Source of the DNA: an uncultured Candidatus Saccharibacteria bacterium
GTDB taxonomy: Bacteria > Patescibacteriota > Minisyncoccia > Phycocordibacterales > UBA9973
Assembly: GCA_964348725.1 (NCBI GenBank)
Contig: CAYGDG010000001.1
Location: 1,898-65,897 of the forward strand
Length of the DNA stretch: 64,000 nt
Direction: 5' to 3'
Part shown: positions 35,021-44,755 of the stretch, piece after piece
How the letters are laid out: each line of letters starts with the position of its first letter
Numbering within the stretch: the first letter of the stretch is position 1
Notes under the pieces: generated by a model
What the model was told of the DNA's origin: nothing
The model's database searches: none
What the model saw: only the letters and a program-made list of their open reading frames with translations
Program-made: the position numbers and the translations under genes

Positions 35021-38000
35021 ATGAAAAGTTACGACCACACAAAAATAGAAAAAAAGTGGCAGAAGGAATGGGAAGCGAAAAAAATCTATACAGCCCAAAA
35101 TAGCTCCAAGCAGAAAAAGTTTTACGGGCTGATAGAATTCCCGTATCCTTCCGGCGCCGGCCTCCATGTCGGCCATATCCGTTCAAACACTGCGATGGAT
35201 ATTATCGCCCGCAAGCGCCGCATGGAAGGGCACAATGTCCTGTACCCCATCGGCTGGGATGCGTTCGGCTTACCGACAGAAAACTACGCCATCAAGACCG
35301 GCATCCAGCCGGCGAAAGTGACGAAAGATAATACGGATATGTTCCGCAAGCAATTAAAAGCGCTCGGTTTTTCTTTTGACTGGTCCCGCGAAGTGAATAC
35401 GACCGATCCCGCGTACTACAAATGGACGCAATGGATATTCCTCCAGATGTACAAAAAAGGTCTCGCGTACAAAGCGAAGACGGAAATAAACTGGTGCCCG
35501 AAGGACAAGATAGGCCTGGCAAATGAAGAAGCCGCGGGCGGCGTGTGCGAGCGCTGCGGCGGACCAACTGAGAAAAGATTGAAAGAGCAGTGGATGCTGG
35601 CTATCACGAAATATGCTGATCGTTTGGATAAAGATTTGGATGATGTAAATTATCTAGAGAAAATAAAAATCCAGCAGAGGAATTGGATAGGCCGGAGCGA
35701 GGGGAGCGAGATTGAATTTGCAATAAAGAATAATGCCGGTAATGTAATTATCGTGCATGGTTCAAATAAAGATGAATCTTCATCCAAGATAGGGAAACTT
35801 GAGAATATGCGTCATTGGAAGCCATGGATTAAAAAACAGCTTGAAAATGCCGGTTTTAGTGTTTCAAACGATCTTTATCCTGAAGATTGGAAACCTGACT
35901 ATATTGCTTGGAAAAAAGTTTTTGAAAAAAATGATATAGATGAAAATACGACACTTATTGGGCACAGTGCCGGCACCGCTTTTTTGTTGCGATGGTTGAG
36001 TGAAAATAAAAGAAAAATAAACAAGCTCATCCTTATTGCGCCTTCTTTGCTCAAATCGGAAAAGTATATCAGGACCAGCAAGCTGAAAGATTTCACTTAC
36101 GATTCATCACTGAAAAAGTATTTTAATGAAATTATTATATTCTACTCAAACAACGATCATCCGAATATGATTGCAAGTGCAAAGGAAGCTCATACTAAAC
36201 TCGGTGGTAAATTGATTCTTTTGGAAAACAGGGGACATTTTGTGCTAGAGCATATGGGTTCTGAAGAATTTCCTGAGCTTTTAGCTGAAATAGTTCCAAA
36301 AATAAAAGTATTTACCACACGCGCTGATACGCTTTTTGGCGCTACCTATGTAGTGCTCGCGCCGGAGCATGAGCTCGTGCAAAAATTGAAACCTGAAATC
36401 AAGAATTTTTCGGAAGTAGAAAAATATTTAAGTGAAGTAAAAAAGAAAGATGAATTAGAACGCACTGCGGAAAATAAAGAAAAGACGGGCGTGGAATTGA
36501 AAGGCATCAAAGCAATCAATCCGGCAAACGGCGAAGAAATCCCCGTATGGATTGCGGACTATGTGCTCGCGAGTTACGGCACCGGCGCAGTGATGGCCGT
36601 GCCCGCGCATGACGAGCGCGATTTTGAGTTCGCGAATCGATATGATCTCTTAATCAAACAGACTGTCGTTTCTAAAAATTTACTCAAATCTATAGTCGTA
36701 GCGCCTACTTTAGAAAATGAACTTGCTTTTAAAACAGAATTACGGAAGTTAAATATCAGTTTTGATTTATCAATAAGTGCTATCAGTAAACGCGAGCATA
36801 TTAGGGTAACTTTAAATAAAGAAAATCTTCACGATTTTATATCTCTTGTTCAAAAATATATCAAAAAAGACAATTGGGTTGAGATACTGGGAAATGAGAA
36901 CATTATTGTACTTAAAAAAGAAATTCAATCAGATTTCTTTAATCATGCAACAGAGTGGTTTGTAAAATTTAGAGAATGGGAGCCTTTTGTCAGAGATCAG
37001 AAAAATCTTTGGTGTATGTTGGCTAAGAACTCTTTTTTAAATGAATTAGTGTGCTATAAAAATGATGGCATTTTAGTACATTCAGGAAAATTTAACGGCC
37101 TCTCTTCAGAAGAAGCAAGAAAAAAAATAACTGAAGCTGTTGGCGGAAAGATGGTAACGAAATTCAAGCTCCGCGACTGGGTTTTTTCCCGCCAGAGATA
37201 TTGGGGTGAGCCGATACCGCTTATCTTCTGTGATGATTGCGGCGAAGTGCCTGTGCCGGAAAAAGACTTGCCGGTAGTCCTGCCGAAAGTGAAATCATAC
37301 GCGCCGACGGATACAGGTGAGAGTCCTCTGGCGAATATTTCCGCCTGGGTAAATGTGAAGTGCCCGAAGTGCAAAGGTAAAGCAAAAAGAGAGACGGACA
37401 CGATGCCGAACTGGGCGGGAAGCTCCTGGTATTTCTTGCGCTATGTTGACCCGAAGAATAAAAAAGAATTTGCCTCCAAAAAATCTCTGGAATACTGGAT
37501 GGACAAAAAGTCTGGTGGCATTGATTGGTACAACGGCGGCATGGAGCACACGACTTTACATCTTTTATACTCGCGCTTCTGGCATAAATTTTTATTTGAC
37601 TTAAAGCTTGTGCCGACGAGCGAGCCGTACATGAAGCGCACTTCGCATGGCATGATCCTGGCTGAAGGAGGGGACAAGATGTCAAAGTCTAAAGGCAATG
37701 TGGTAAATCCGGACGACATTGTGAAGACATACGGAGCGGATACTTTGCGCTTGTACGAAATGTTCATGGGCCCGTTTGACCAGGCAGTGGTATGGAGCAC
37801 GGAAAGCATGATCGGCCCGCGGAGATTTATAGAAAAAGTTTTTAGGATCGCCCAGAAGCCGAGCCTGCATGCTTTTGAGAAGGAGTGGCCTCGCACCAGC
37901 GAGGAGAACCGAGCGACTGAGCAAAAGCATCAGGCGAGGCTTCTCCATAAAACTATTAAAAAAGTTTCTGAAGATATTGAGACTATGAGTTTTAATACAT

Positions 38001-38386
38001 GCGTATCTTCCATGATGATTCTCGCCGGAGAAATGGAAAAAGCGGAATCTGTTTCCAGGGATGATTTCAAAAAGTTTTTGCAAATCCTTGCGCCATTTGC
38101 GCCGCATATTGCGGAAGAATTGTGGCGCGGCATGGGGGAGAAGAAATCAATTCACTTATCTGCATGGCCGGAATATGATGCGAAGCTCATCGTGGATGAT
38201 GAAATAAAAATAGCTGTGCAGGTGAATGGCAAGGTCAGGGGAGAGATGCTCATCGCGCCGGATACTGCCGAGGCTGATGTGCGGAGCATGGCCTTGCACA
38301 TGCCAAAAGTCATTGAATTTTTAGGGGGTGAGGAGCCGAAGAAAGTGATTTATGTTAAAAACAGACTTATTAACATTGTTAGGTAA
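35021..38386 (+). CDS. leuS: Leucyl-tRNA synthetase carrying two large in-frame insertions
   Basis: N-terminus FPYPSGAGLHVGHIRSNTAMDIIARKRRMEGHNVLYPIGWDAFGLPTENYA (HIGH region), the editing domain TTRADTLFGATY, and KMSKSKGNVV. 1121 aa, against roughly 800-870 aa for typical bacterial LeuRS. Confidence 0.9.
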   Translation: MKSYDHTKIEKKWQKEWEAKKIYTAQNSSKQKKFYGLIEFPYPSGAGLHVGHIRSNTAMDIIARKRRMEGHNVLYPIGWDAFGLPTENYAIKTGIQPAKVTKDNTDMFRKQLKALGFSFDWSREVNTTDPAYYKWTQWIFLQMYKKGLAYKAKTEINWCPKDKIGLANEEAAGGVCERCGGPTEKRLKEQWMLAITKYADRLDKDLDDVNYLEKIKIQQRNWIGRSEGSEIEFAIKNNAGNVIIVHGSNKDESSSKIGKLENMRHWKPWIKKQLENAGFSVSNDLYPEDWKPDYIAWKKVFEKNDIDENTTLIGHSAGTAFLLRWLSENKRKINKLILIAPSLLKSEKYIRTSKLKDFTYDSSLKKYFNEIIIFYSNNDHPNMIASAKEAHTKLGGKLILLENRGHFVLEHMGSEEFPELLAEIVPKIKVFTTRADTLFGATYVVLAPEHELVQKLKPEIKNFSEVEKYLSEVKKKDELERTAENKEKTGVELKGIKAINPANGEEIPVWIADYVLASYGTGAVMAVPAHDERDFEFANRYDLLIKQTVVSKNLLKSIVVAPTLENELAFKTELRKLNISFDLSISAISKREHIRVTLNKENLHDFISLVQKYIKKDNWVEILGNENIIVLKKEIQSDFFNHATEWFVKFREWEPFVRDQKNLWCMLAKNSFLNELVCYKNDGILVHSGKFNGLSSEEARKKITEAVGGKMVTKFKLRDWVFSRQRYWGEPIPLIFCDDCGEVPVPEKDLPVVLPKVKSYAPTDTGESPLANISAWVNVKCPKCKGKAKRETDTMPNWAGSSWYFLRYVDPKNKKEFASKKSLEYWMDKKSGGIDWYNGGMEHTTLHLLYSRFWHKFLFDLKLVPTSEPYMKRTSHGMILAEGGDKMSKSKGNVVNPDDIVKTYGADTLRLYEMFMGPFDQAVVWSTESMIGPRRFIEKVFRIAQKPSLHAFEKEWPRTSEENRATEQKHQARLLHKTIKKVSEDIETMSFNTCVSSMMILAGEMEKAESVSRDDFKKFLQILAPFAPHIAEELWRGMGEKKSIHLSAWPEYDAKLIVDDEIKIAVQVNGKVRGEMLIAPDTAEADVRSMALHMPKVIEFLGGEEPKKVIYVKNRLINIVR

Positions 38387-38432
38387 TTTTGAAAATATAT
38401 GATATAATATATAGACCTAATAAATTATATTT

Positions 38433-39665
38433 ATGCATTTAATCAGACACATCATACACAAGCATTGGAAAACAGCTTTCTTTCTGCTTTTTTTCATTTT
38501 AGTCGGTACTAATCTACATAGTATCGCCAGCGATAGTCCCGGATCGGACGGTTTTTATGCGGGTGAAACGCTCAATCCGTCGTGTACTCCGGGATCCGCG
38601 AATTGCTCGGTGAGTTCTGTATGGACCGCATCGGGAACAAGTGCTTATTACAGTGCTGGAAATGTAGGAATAGGTACTACAACTCCTACAAAATTATTGG
38701 ATGTAAATGGCACTTCTATTTTTAGAGGATCTACTACTTTTCAAGACATAAACCCTGAACTTATAACGACAACTACTAATGGCTACGTAGCTACTTCATA
38801 CGATTCCACCTCTTCAGGTGGCGGAGCACAAAATGTATTCCGTAGAGCAAATGGAACAGAAGCTACACCCACCGCAATTACAAATGGAATGACACTCGGT
38901 TCGTTTTCTTTCCGAGGACATACAGGCAGTGCTTTTACAGGAAGTAAGGGATATTTTGAAGTAACAGCGACAGAAAACTGGAGTCCATCTGCAAATGGCA
39001 CTGATATGACGTGGGCGATAACGCCAAATGGTTCTACAACCCTAGACTATGCTATGACATTATCGCAAGCTGGGTATTTGGGTATAGGCACGAGAACACC
39101 AGAAGCTAAACTACACGTTTCAGGTGCAGATGCGACTATCGGTGCTTTTGTAGAAAATACTTCTTCAACTTCAGCCAGATACCCGCTTACTTATATCGCA
39201 AACTATGCAGGTGCAACCACAGGACATCCATTGACTGTGATGGCAAATGCCAGAGGCACGAAAGCTTCTCCGACAGCTAGTCAATCGGGAGATTCTTTTG
39301 GAATGTATGTTTTCAAAGGATATGATGGTGCTGCTTTTATAGACGGCGCAAGGATAGCAGCTTTTGCTCCGGCGACGTGGAGCGTAGGAAGCACTCCGAC
39401 AGATTTGAGATTTTATACTACAGATACAAGTGGAACTTATGCAGAAAGAATGAGGATTATGGAGAATGGAAATTTGGGAATTGGTACTACTGCACCATCT
39501 ACCAAATTACATGTAGTGGGCTCTGGCGCCACTGCCACTACTCCAGCCGTACGAATAGAAAATCTTCCGACGTCCGCGCCATCGGGTACGAATGAAGGCA
39601 TCGTCTGCGTAGATGATGCCGGCGCGTTATGGAATGATTCTGACGGTACGGAAGATTGTATGTAG
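38433..39665 (+). CDS. Secreted surface protein with three phage-tail-fibre-like G(N/Y)(V/L)GIGT repeats
   Basis: Signal/TM N-terminus. Repeats GNVGIGTTTPTKLLDVNGT, GYLGIGTRTPEAKLHVSGA and GNLGIGTTAPSTKLHVVGSG. C-terminus VCVDDAGALWNDSDGTEDCM. Confidence 0.5.
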   Translation: MHLIRHIIHKHWKTAFFLLFFILVGTNLHSIASDSPGSDGFYAGETLNPSCTPGSANCSVSSVWTASGTSAYYSAGNVGIGTTTPTKLLDVNGTSIFRGSTTFQDINPELITTTTNGYVATSYDSTSSGGGAQNVFRRANGTEATPTAITNGMTLGSFSFRGHTGSAFTGSKGYFEVTATENWSPSANGTDMTWAITPNGSTTLDYAMTLSQAGYLGIGTRTPEAKLHVSGADATIGAFVENTSSTSARYPLTYIANYAGATTGHPLTVMANARGTKASPTASQSGDSFGMYVFKGYDGAAFIDGARIAAFAPATWSVGSTPTDLRFYTTDTSGTYAERMRIMENGNLGIGTTAPSTKLHVVGSGATATTPAVRIENLPTSAPSGTNEGIVCVDDAGALWNDSDGTEDCM

Positions 39666-39666
39666 T

Positions 39667-40869
39667 ATGAAAAAAATATATTTTAAAAAAAATATTCTCC
39701 TCATACATTCACTCGCAATTATTTTTGCATTGGTTGCACCGTATGCATATGCTCCACTGAAAGTCTCTGCTGCTGACATGGTAATCTCATCTACCGTCGT
39801 GACGCATCCTGAATCGTCAGATTTATATCCCGGTGAAGATGACGCGGTCATGGCATTACTAGTAATACATACGACCGGCGCCGATAATCCGCTGCATTTG
39901 ACCAACCTAGTCCCTGATTTGGGAGATATGACCCCGACTGCATCTGCAAGTAATACATCGGCTATTCAAATATTTTACACGACTACCTCTACATTTGATA
40001 CAAATACTCAATTTAGTTTTGATTTATCTAATTTGAATGGCGGTGGATCGGAATCATTTGACGGTGATCAAGTATTGCAATCAGGAGCAAATTATTTTTG
40101 GTTTGTATATGATCTGAATGAAAACCTTGATTGCGACAATACGATGGATATTAGTATATTTAATTATACTATTGATTATAGTTATATATTTAGTGATGGT
40201 GTTGAATTTGATGGTAATCCAGTAGGAAATAGAGATATAACTTCATACACAAATTTGACTCCCGCCAATGCATCTTCTTCTCCTTATCAAGGCGTACTCT
40301 TGAACTGGACCAGAAATCCTCGGTATACGGGAGGTTTTGATGTATATTTGGACGGTGCGCTTAAAATGAATAATATAGATCAAGAATACGCGTATCTCCC
40401 GTCGTATGATAGCTCCGGAGCTCATACATTTGAATTAAGAAATTCAACCAATGGCATTTCTTGCGATACAAGAAATATTACACTCGGTACCAGGCCTTTT
40501 ATCTCACAGATAAATACGATCGTCTCGCTCGGTGATCCTTTGATACCTAAAAAAAATACGAGCACCGCTTTTACACTCAGCGTATGGGGCGCCGGATTTA
40601 CATCGTCTTCCAAGGTATGGTTCAACGGTGTTGAAAAAAGCATCACATGGAATGGCGCTACCGCAGGACATTCTCCAAACTTGCAAGCATCTATTTTAGC
40701 AGCTGATATTCCAAATACAGGCTACTATTCTGTCTATATTATAAATCCCACAAATCAAGTATCCAATCCTATGATATTCGCGGCGCATTCGGCGATGCTG
40801 TGCAAAGATACGCTCGGTAATCTATGGAAAGATACAAGCAATATTCCGGATTGCGACGAGACGAATTAG
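39667..40869 (+). CDS. Secreted hypothetical protein. Its C-terminal Cys motif is shared with the upstream gene.
   Basis: ORF 39613..40869. Start MKKIYFKK at 39667, just after the upstream stop. Signal peptide LIHSLAIIFALVAPYAYA. C-terminus MLCKDTLGNLWKDTSNIPDCDETN. Confidence 0.45.
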   Translation: MKKIYFKKNILLIHSLAIIFALVAPYAYAPLKVSAADMVISSTVVTHPESSDLYPGEDDAVMALLVIHTTGADNPLHLTNLVPDLGDMTPTASASNTSAIQIFYTTTSTFDTNTQFSFDLSNLNGGGSESFDGDQVLQSGANYFWFVYDLNENLDCDNTMDISIFNYTIDYSYIFSDGVEFDGNPVGNRDITSYTNLTPANASSSPYQGVLLNWTRNPRYTGGFDVYLDGALKMNNIDQEYAYLPSYDSSGAHTFELRNSTNGISCDTRNITLGTRPFISQINTIVSLGDPLIPKKNTSTAFTLSVWGAGFTSSSKVWFNGVEKSITWNGATAGHSPNLQASILAADIPNTGYYSVYIINPTNQVSNPMIFAAHSAMLCKDTLGNLWKDTSNIPDCDETN

Positions 40870-40954
40870 CTTGCTTTTCAAAATCTATATGGAGTATAAT
40901 ATGCTTACTATCTCAGCGGTGCGTGTTTATTATTAATTTTTTTATACAGTATAT

Positions 40955-43015
40955 ATGTCAAAAATTTTAGACAAGATTTCTTTTTGGTCACTCTTTGTAG
41001 TCATCGTGCTTCTCCCCGTATTTTTTCTGCCGTTCACAAAAATACCGATAGAGACCGGAAAGGGACTTCTTCTTGTCGGCGGACTCGCCATATCAATACT
41101 CTGCTGGACTGCCGCGCGATTTTCTGACGGCAAGATATCTATCCCGCGTTCTCCCGTGCTGCTTGCGGGTCTCGGCGTCGCATTCGCATTTCTGCTTTCC
41201 GCATTTTTTTCACAAGCCACGCAAGCATCATTTTTCGGGACGATGTTTGATACGGGAACTTTTTGGTTTATGTGCGCGGCAGTGATTTTGATGATTTTTT
41301 CTTCAATTATTCTTCACGAGAGCGCACGCGCACGAATTACGTGTATCGGGCTCATGATTGCTTCCGGTGCGCTTCTTCTCTTCCAAACCCTGCATGTCTT
41401 TATGCCGCAGTTTCTTTCCTTCGGTTTTTTAGAAAGCAAAACGGATACCATCATAGGTTCGTTTACTGCTCTCGGTATTTTTGCGGGGTTCAGCATGATG
41501 CTCTCGCTGTTCCTGCTTGAATTTTACAGTCTTTCTAACATAAAGAAATTTTCCCTGTATATAGTGCTTCTGCTCTCACTTTTTATCGCTCTGCTCGTAA
41601 ATACACCCGTCATGTGGGGACTCACAGGAATATTCGCCCTCATCATATTCGTCTATAAAATAAACTCTACCCATGCGGCAGGTCATGTGAAGCCGGCTTT
41701 TCCGGCCTTGCCATTCTTTACCGTGATGATATGCCTCCTATTCTTTATGGCTGGAAATTTTATCGGTAATTATATGCCGACACGACTCGGTGTTTCAAAT
41801 CTGGAAGTCCGCCCCTCATTTGCGTCAACTCTCGTGATAGCAAAAAATGAACTCACTCAGCATCCGATGTTCGGCACAGGCCCGGGACGTTTTACCACAG
41901 CTTGGTCTTTGTATAAGCCTGCAGATCTGAATACGACTCGTTTTTGGGATTCGACATTTGAATCCGGTTCGGGTACATTACCTACATTCGCAGTGACGAC
42001 TGGGGCAGTCGGTATCGTATCTCTTATTGTATTTTTCTGTATCTTTCTGTGGTCCGGCGTGCGTTCCTTGTTTGCAAAAAGGGATGCCGGCTCGCAAGTA
42101 CATGCATTCTTCCTCGGTTCGCTTTTCCTCTTCTGTGCCGCCTTTTTCTATGTGCCTGGTCCGGCGATACTCCTCCTCGCCTTCGCGCTTGCAGGCGTAT
42201 TCGCGGGGCTTTCATCTCGGAAGTCGTTGCAATTTAATTTCCTTGATGATCCGAGAAAGAGCTTTTTCTCTATTTTGTTATTAGTTCTCGTGATGGTGGC
42301 ATCCGCCGCCGGAGCATTCAAGTATGTGGAGCGTTTCGCTTCCGTAGTCCATTTTCAAAAAGCCATATCTGCACCGACTATCGCCGAAGCCGAAGCATCT
42401 ACCACTAAAGCTTTGAATTTATACGACAATGATTTATATTATCGCACCTATGCACAGATAGAAATGATCAAAGTATCGTCAGTCGCAAGTAAGTTCAATA
42501 CTCCCAATGCAGATACATCAGAATTACAGATTAGTTTTGATCGTGCCGTAGCGGCGGCGGAGGCTGCCATCGCATATGACGACGGCAATTTTCTCAATCA
42601 TCGCGCACTCGGTTCCATATACGATGCTGTTATTTCTCTCGGCGTGCAGGGTGCGTTGGAAAAAGCTGTAGAATCTTATCAGGTTGCGGCTGATCTTTCA
42701 CCATTGCATCCCGGTCCAAAATTGGCTATTGCGCGCGCATACCTCGTGGCAGGTAAGCTCACGGAGGCCGGTACGCATGCTGCAGCAGCACTTACATTGA
42801 AGCCGGACTATACTGATGCGCTGATCACTCTATCCCAGATAGCAAAAGCCGAGAGCAATACTGCAGACGCGATCGCATACGCTGAAGCCGCATTACGCAC
42901 TGCTCCGGAGAGCGAGGATTTACAGAATTACATTCGTTCACTCAAATCATCGGACGCACCGAAAGCGGCGCCCGCAGATGACAAAGAAAAAGAAACGGAC
43001 GATACCGATAACTAA
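40955..43015 (+). CDS. Polytopic membrane protein, O-antigen ligase/polymerase-like, with C-terminal TPR repeats
   Basis: About 12 TM helices followed by roughly 250 aa of TPR-like helices (AIARAYLVAGKLTEAGTHAAAALTLKPDYTDALITLSQIAKAE). It precedes murJ. Confidence 0.5.
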   Translation: MSKILDKISFWSLFVVIVLLPVFFLPFTKIPIETGKGLLLVGGLAISILCWTAARFSDGKISIPRSPVLLAGLGVAFAFLLSAFFSQATQASFFGTMFDTGTFWFMCAAVILMIFSSIILHESARARITCIGLMIASGALLLFQTLHVFMPQFLSFGFLESKTDTIIGSFTALGIFAGFSMMLSLFLLEFYSLSNIKKFSLYIVLLLSLFIALLVNTPVMWGLTGIFALIIFVYKINSTHAAGHVKPAFPALPFFTVMICLLFFMAGNFIGNYMPTRLGVSNLEVRPSFASTLVIAKNELTQHPMFGTGPGRFTTAWSLYKPADLNTTRFWDSTFESGSGTLPTFAVTTGAVGIVSLIVFFCIFLWSGVRSLFAKRDAGSQVHAFFLGSLFLFCAAFFYVPGPAILLLAFALAGVFAGLSSRKSLQFNFLDDPRKSFFSILLLVLVMVASAAGAFKYVERFASVVHFQKAISAPTIAEAEASTTKALNLYDNDLYYRTYAQIEMIKVSSVASKFNTPNADTSELQISFDRAVAAAEAAIAYDDGNFLNHRALGSIYDAVISLGVQGALEKAVESYQVAADLSPLHPGPKLAIARAYLVAGKLTEAGTHAAAALTLKPDYTDALITLSQIAKAESNTADAIAYAEAALRTAPESEDLQNYIRSLKSSDAPKAAPADDKEKETDDTDN

Positions 43016-43037
43016 TAATATGTTAAATTTCTAACGG

Positions 43038-44717
43038 ATGGAGAAGATCTGGAGAATGTTCGGCAAAGAGTGGGGAAATGTGAACCAGGCGGCGTTGCTG
43101 CTCGGCTCGTTTGCTCTGCTCTCGCAGATACTCGGCCTTTTGCGCGATCGCTCCATAGCGCATTTCATCGGGCCTTCTGCTGAGCTTGATGCATATTACG
43201 CGGCATTCCGCGTTCCTGACCTCATATTCGTATCCATCGCATCGCTCTGTTCTGTCACTGTCCTGGTGCCATTTCTTTCTGCTAAAATGCGCGGGGAAGA
43301 AATCACTCCAGAAGCCCGTAAATTCTTAAATGACATATTCACCGTTTTTTTGGGCATCATGATCGCCGTGTCTCTCATTGCATTTTTTGCTATGCCGTCT
43401 CTTGCCGCATTCATCGCTCCGGGTTTTACGCCGGAAATGCAGGCAAAAGTGATAGACCTCTCGCGCATTATGCTGCTCTCGCCGATACTGCTCGGACTGT
43501 CTAATCTTTTTGGCACCGTCAATCAGCTTTTTCGCAGATTTTTTGTGTACTCTTTATCGCCGCTTCTCTATAACTTTGGGATTATCGGCGGCATCCTGCT
43601 TTTATATCCAGCATTCGGAATTTACGGCCTGGCTATAGGTGTCGTATTCGGAGCATTTATGCATTTTGCGATACAGGCCATTTCCTCAAATGAGATCGGG
43701 TTTGGCCCGCGCTTTTCGCTGTCCATAAATTTTACCGATCTGAAGAAAGCGGCGCTCGTATCCCTGCCGCGCACGCTCGGACTTTCTTTCAACAGCATCG
43801 CACTTATATTAGTGGTGGCTCTCGCTTCCTTCCTGTCGCTCGGCTCTATTTCTATTTTTAATCTGTCGCTCAATCTGCAGTCCGTACCGCTCGGCATTAT
43901 CGGCCTGTCGTACGCGGTGGCGGCTTTTCCCGCGCTCACGCGTTCTTTTGCTGCCGGCAAGATTGATGACTTCAAGGCCCAGCTTCGCTCGGCGGCACGG
44001 CAAGTGGTGTTTTGGTCCATACCCATTACATTTCTTTTTATCGTGCTGCGCGCCCAAATAGTGCGCGTCATCCTCGGCTCCGGTTCGTTCTCCTGGGAAA
44101 ATACACGCCTGGTAGCGGCATCGCTTGCCGTATTTTCTATCTCTATCATCGCGCAGGGGCTCATCGCCCTGTTTGCGCGGGCATACTACGCGGCAGGGAA
44201 TACCCGCCGTCCGCTTTTCATAAATTTTATTTCTTCCGTGTCTATCGTGGCTCTCGCTCACGTCTTCCTCAATTTCTTTGGCCGTTTTCCATTCTTCAAA
44301 GACTTCATCGAGTCGCTCTTCAAAGTGGAAGGAATACTCGGCACCGAAGTCCTGATGCTCCCGCTCGCATATTCCGTGGGCACGATACTGAATTTCACTT
44401 TGCTCTGGATATTCCTAAAGCGTGATTTTATGAAGAACGAGCCGTTCATTATGCGCACGTTCTCGCAGTCGCTCGGCGCGTCGTTTTTCATCGGCTTCAT
44501 CTCATACATACTGCTCAATATTCTTTCGCCGATATTCGGCACCGAAACTTTTTGGGGCGTTTTCTTGCAAGGCTTTATCTCCGGAATTTTCGGCATCAGC
44601 GTCGGCGTACTCGTGCTGTATCTCCTAAAGAACGAAGAGCTGTCCGAACTCATGCAGACATTGCGCACCAAATTCTGGAAAGCAAAAGTCGTCGCTCCCG
44701 CTCAGGAAGGGCTTTGA
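43038..44717 (+). CDS. murJ: Lipid II flippase MurJ (MviN family)
   Basis: LLLGSFALLSQILGLLRDRSIAHFIGPSAELDAYYAAFRVPDLIF N-terminus, roughly 14 TM helices, 559 aa. Confidence 0.85.
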   Translation: MEKIWRMFGKEWGNVNQAALLLGSFALLSQILGLLRDRSIAHFIGPSAELDAYYAAFRVPDLIFVSIASLCSVTVLVPFLSAKMRGEEITPEARKFLNDIFTVFLGIMIAVSLIAFFAMPSLAAFIAPGFTPEMQAKVIDLSRIMLLSPILLGLSNLFGTVNQLFRRFFVYSLSPLLYNFGIIGGILLLYPAFGIYGLAIGVVFGAFMHFAIQAISSNEIGFGPRFSLSINFTDLKKAALVSLPRTLGLSFNSIALILVVALASFLSLGSISIFNLSLNLQSVPLGIIGLSYAVAAFPALTRSFAAGKIDDFKAQLRSAARQVVFWSIPITFLFIVLRAQIVRVILGSGSFSWENTRLVAASLAVFSISIIAQGLIALFARAYYAAGNTRRPLFINFISSVSIVALAHVFLNFFGRFPFFKDFIESLFKVEGILGTEVLMLPLAYSVGTILNFTLLWIFLKRDFMKNEPFIMRTFSQSLGASFFIGFISYILLNILSPIFGTETFWGVFLQGFISGIFGISVGVLVLYLLKNEELSELMQTLRTKFWKAKVVAPAQEGL

Positions 44718-44755
44718 AATCCAACCCTTTTTTGCTAGTATGAGCATATTACGTT

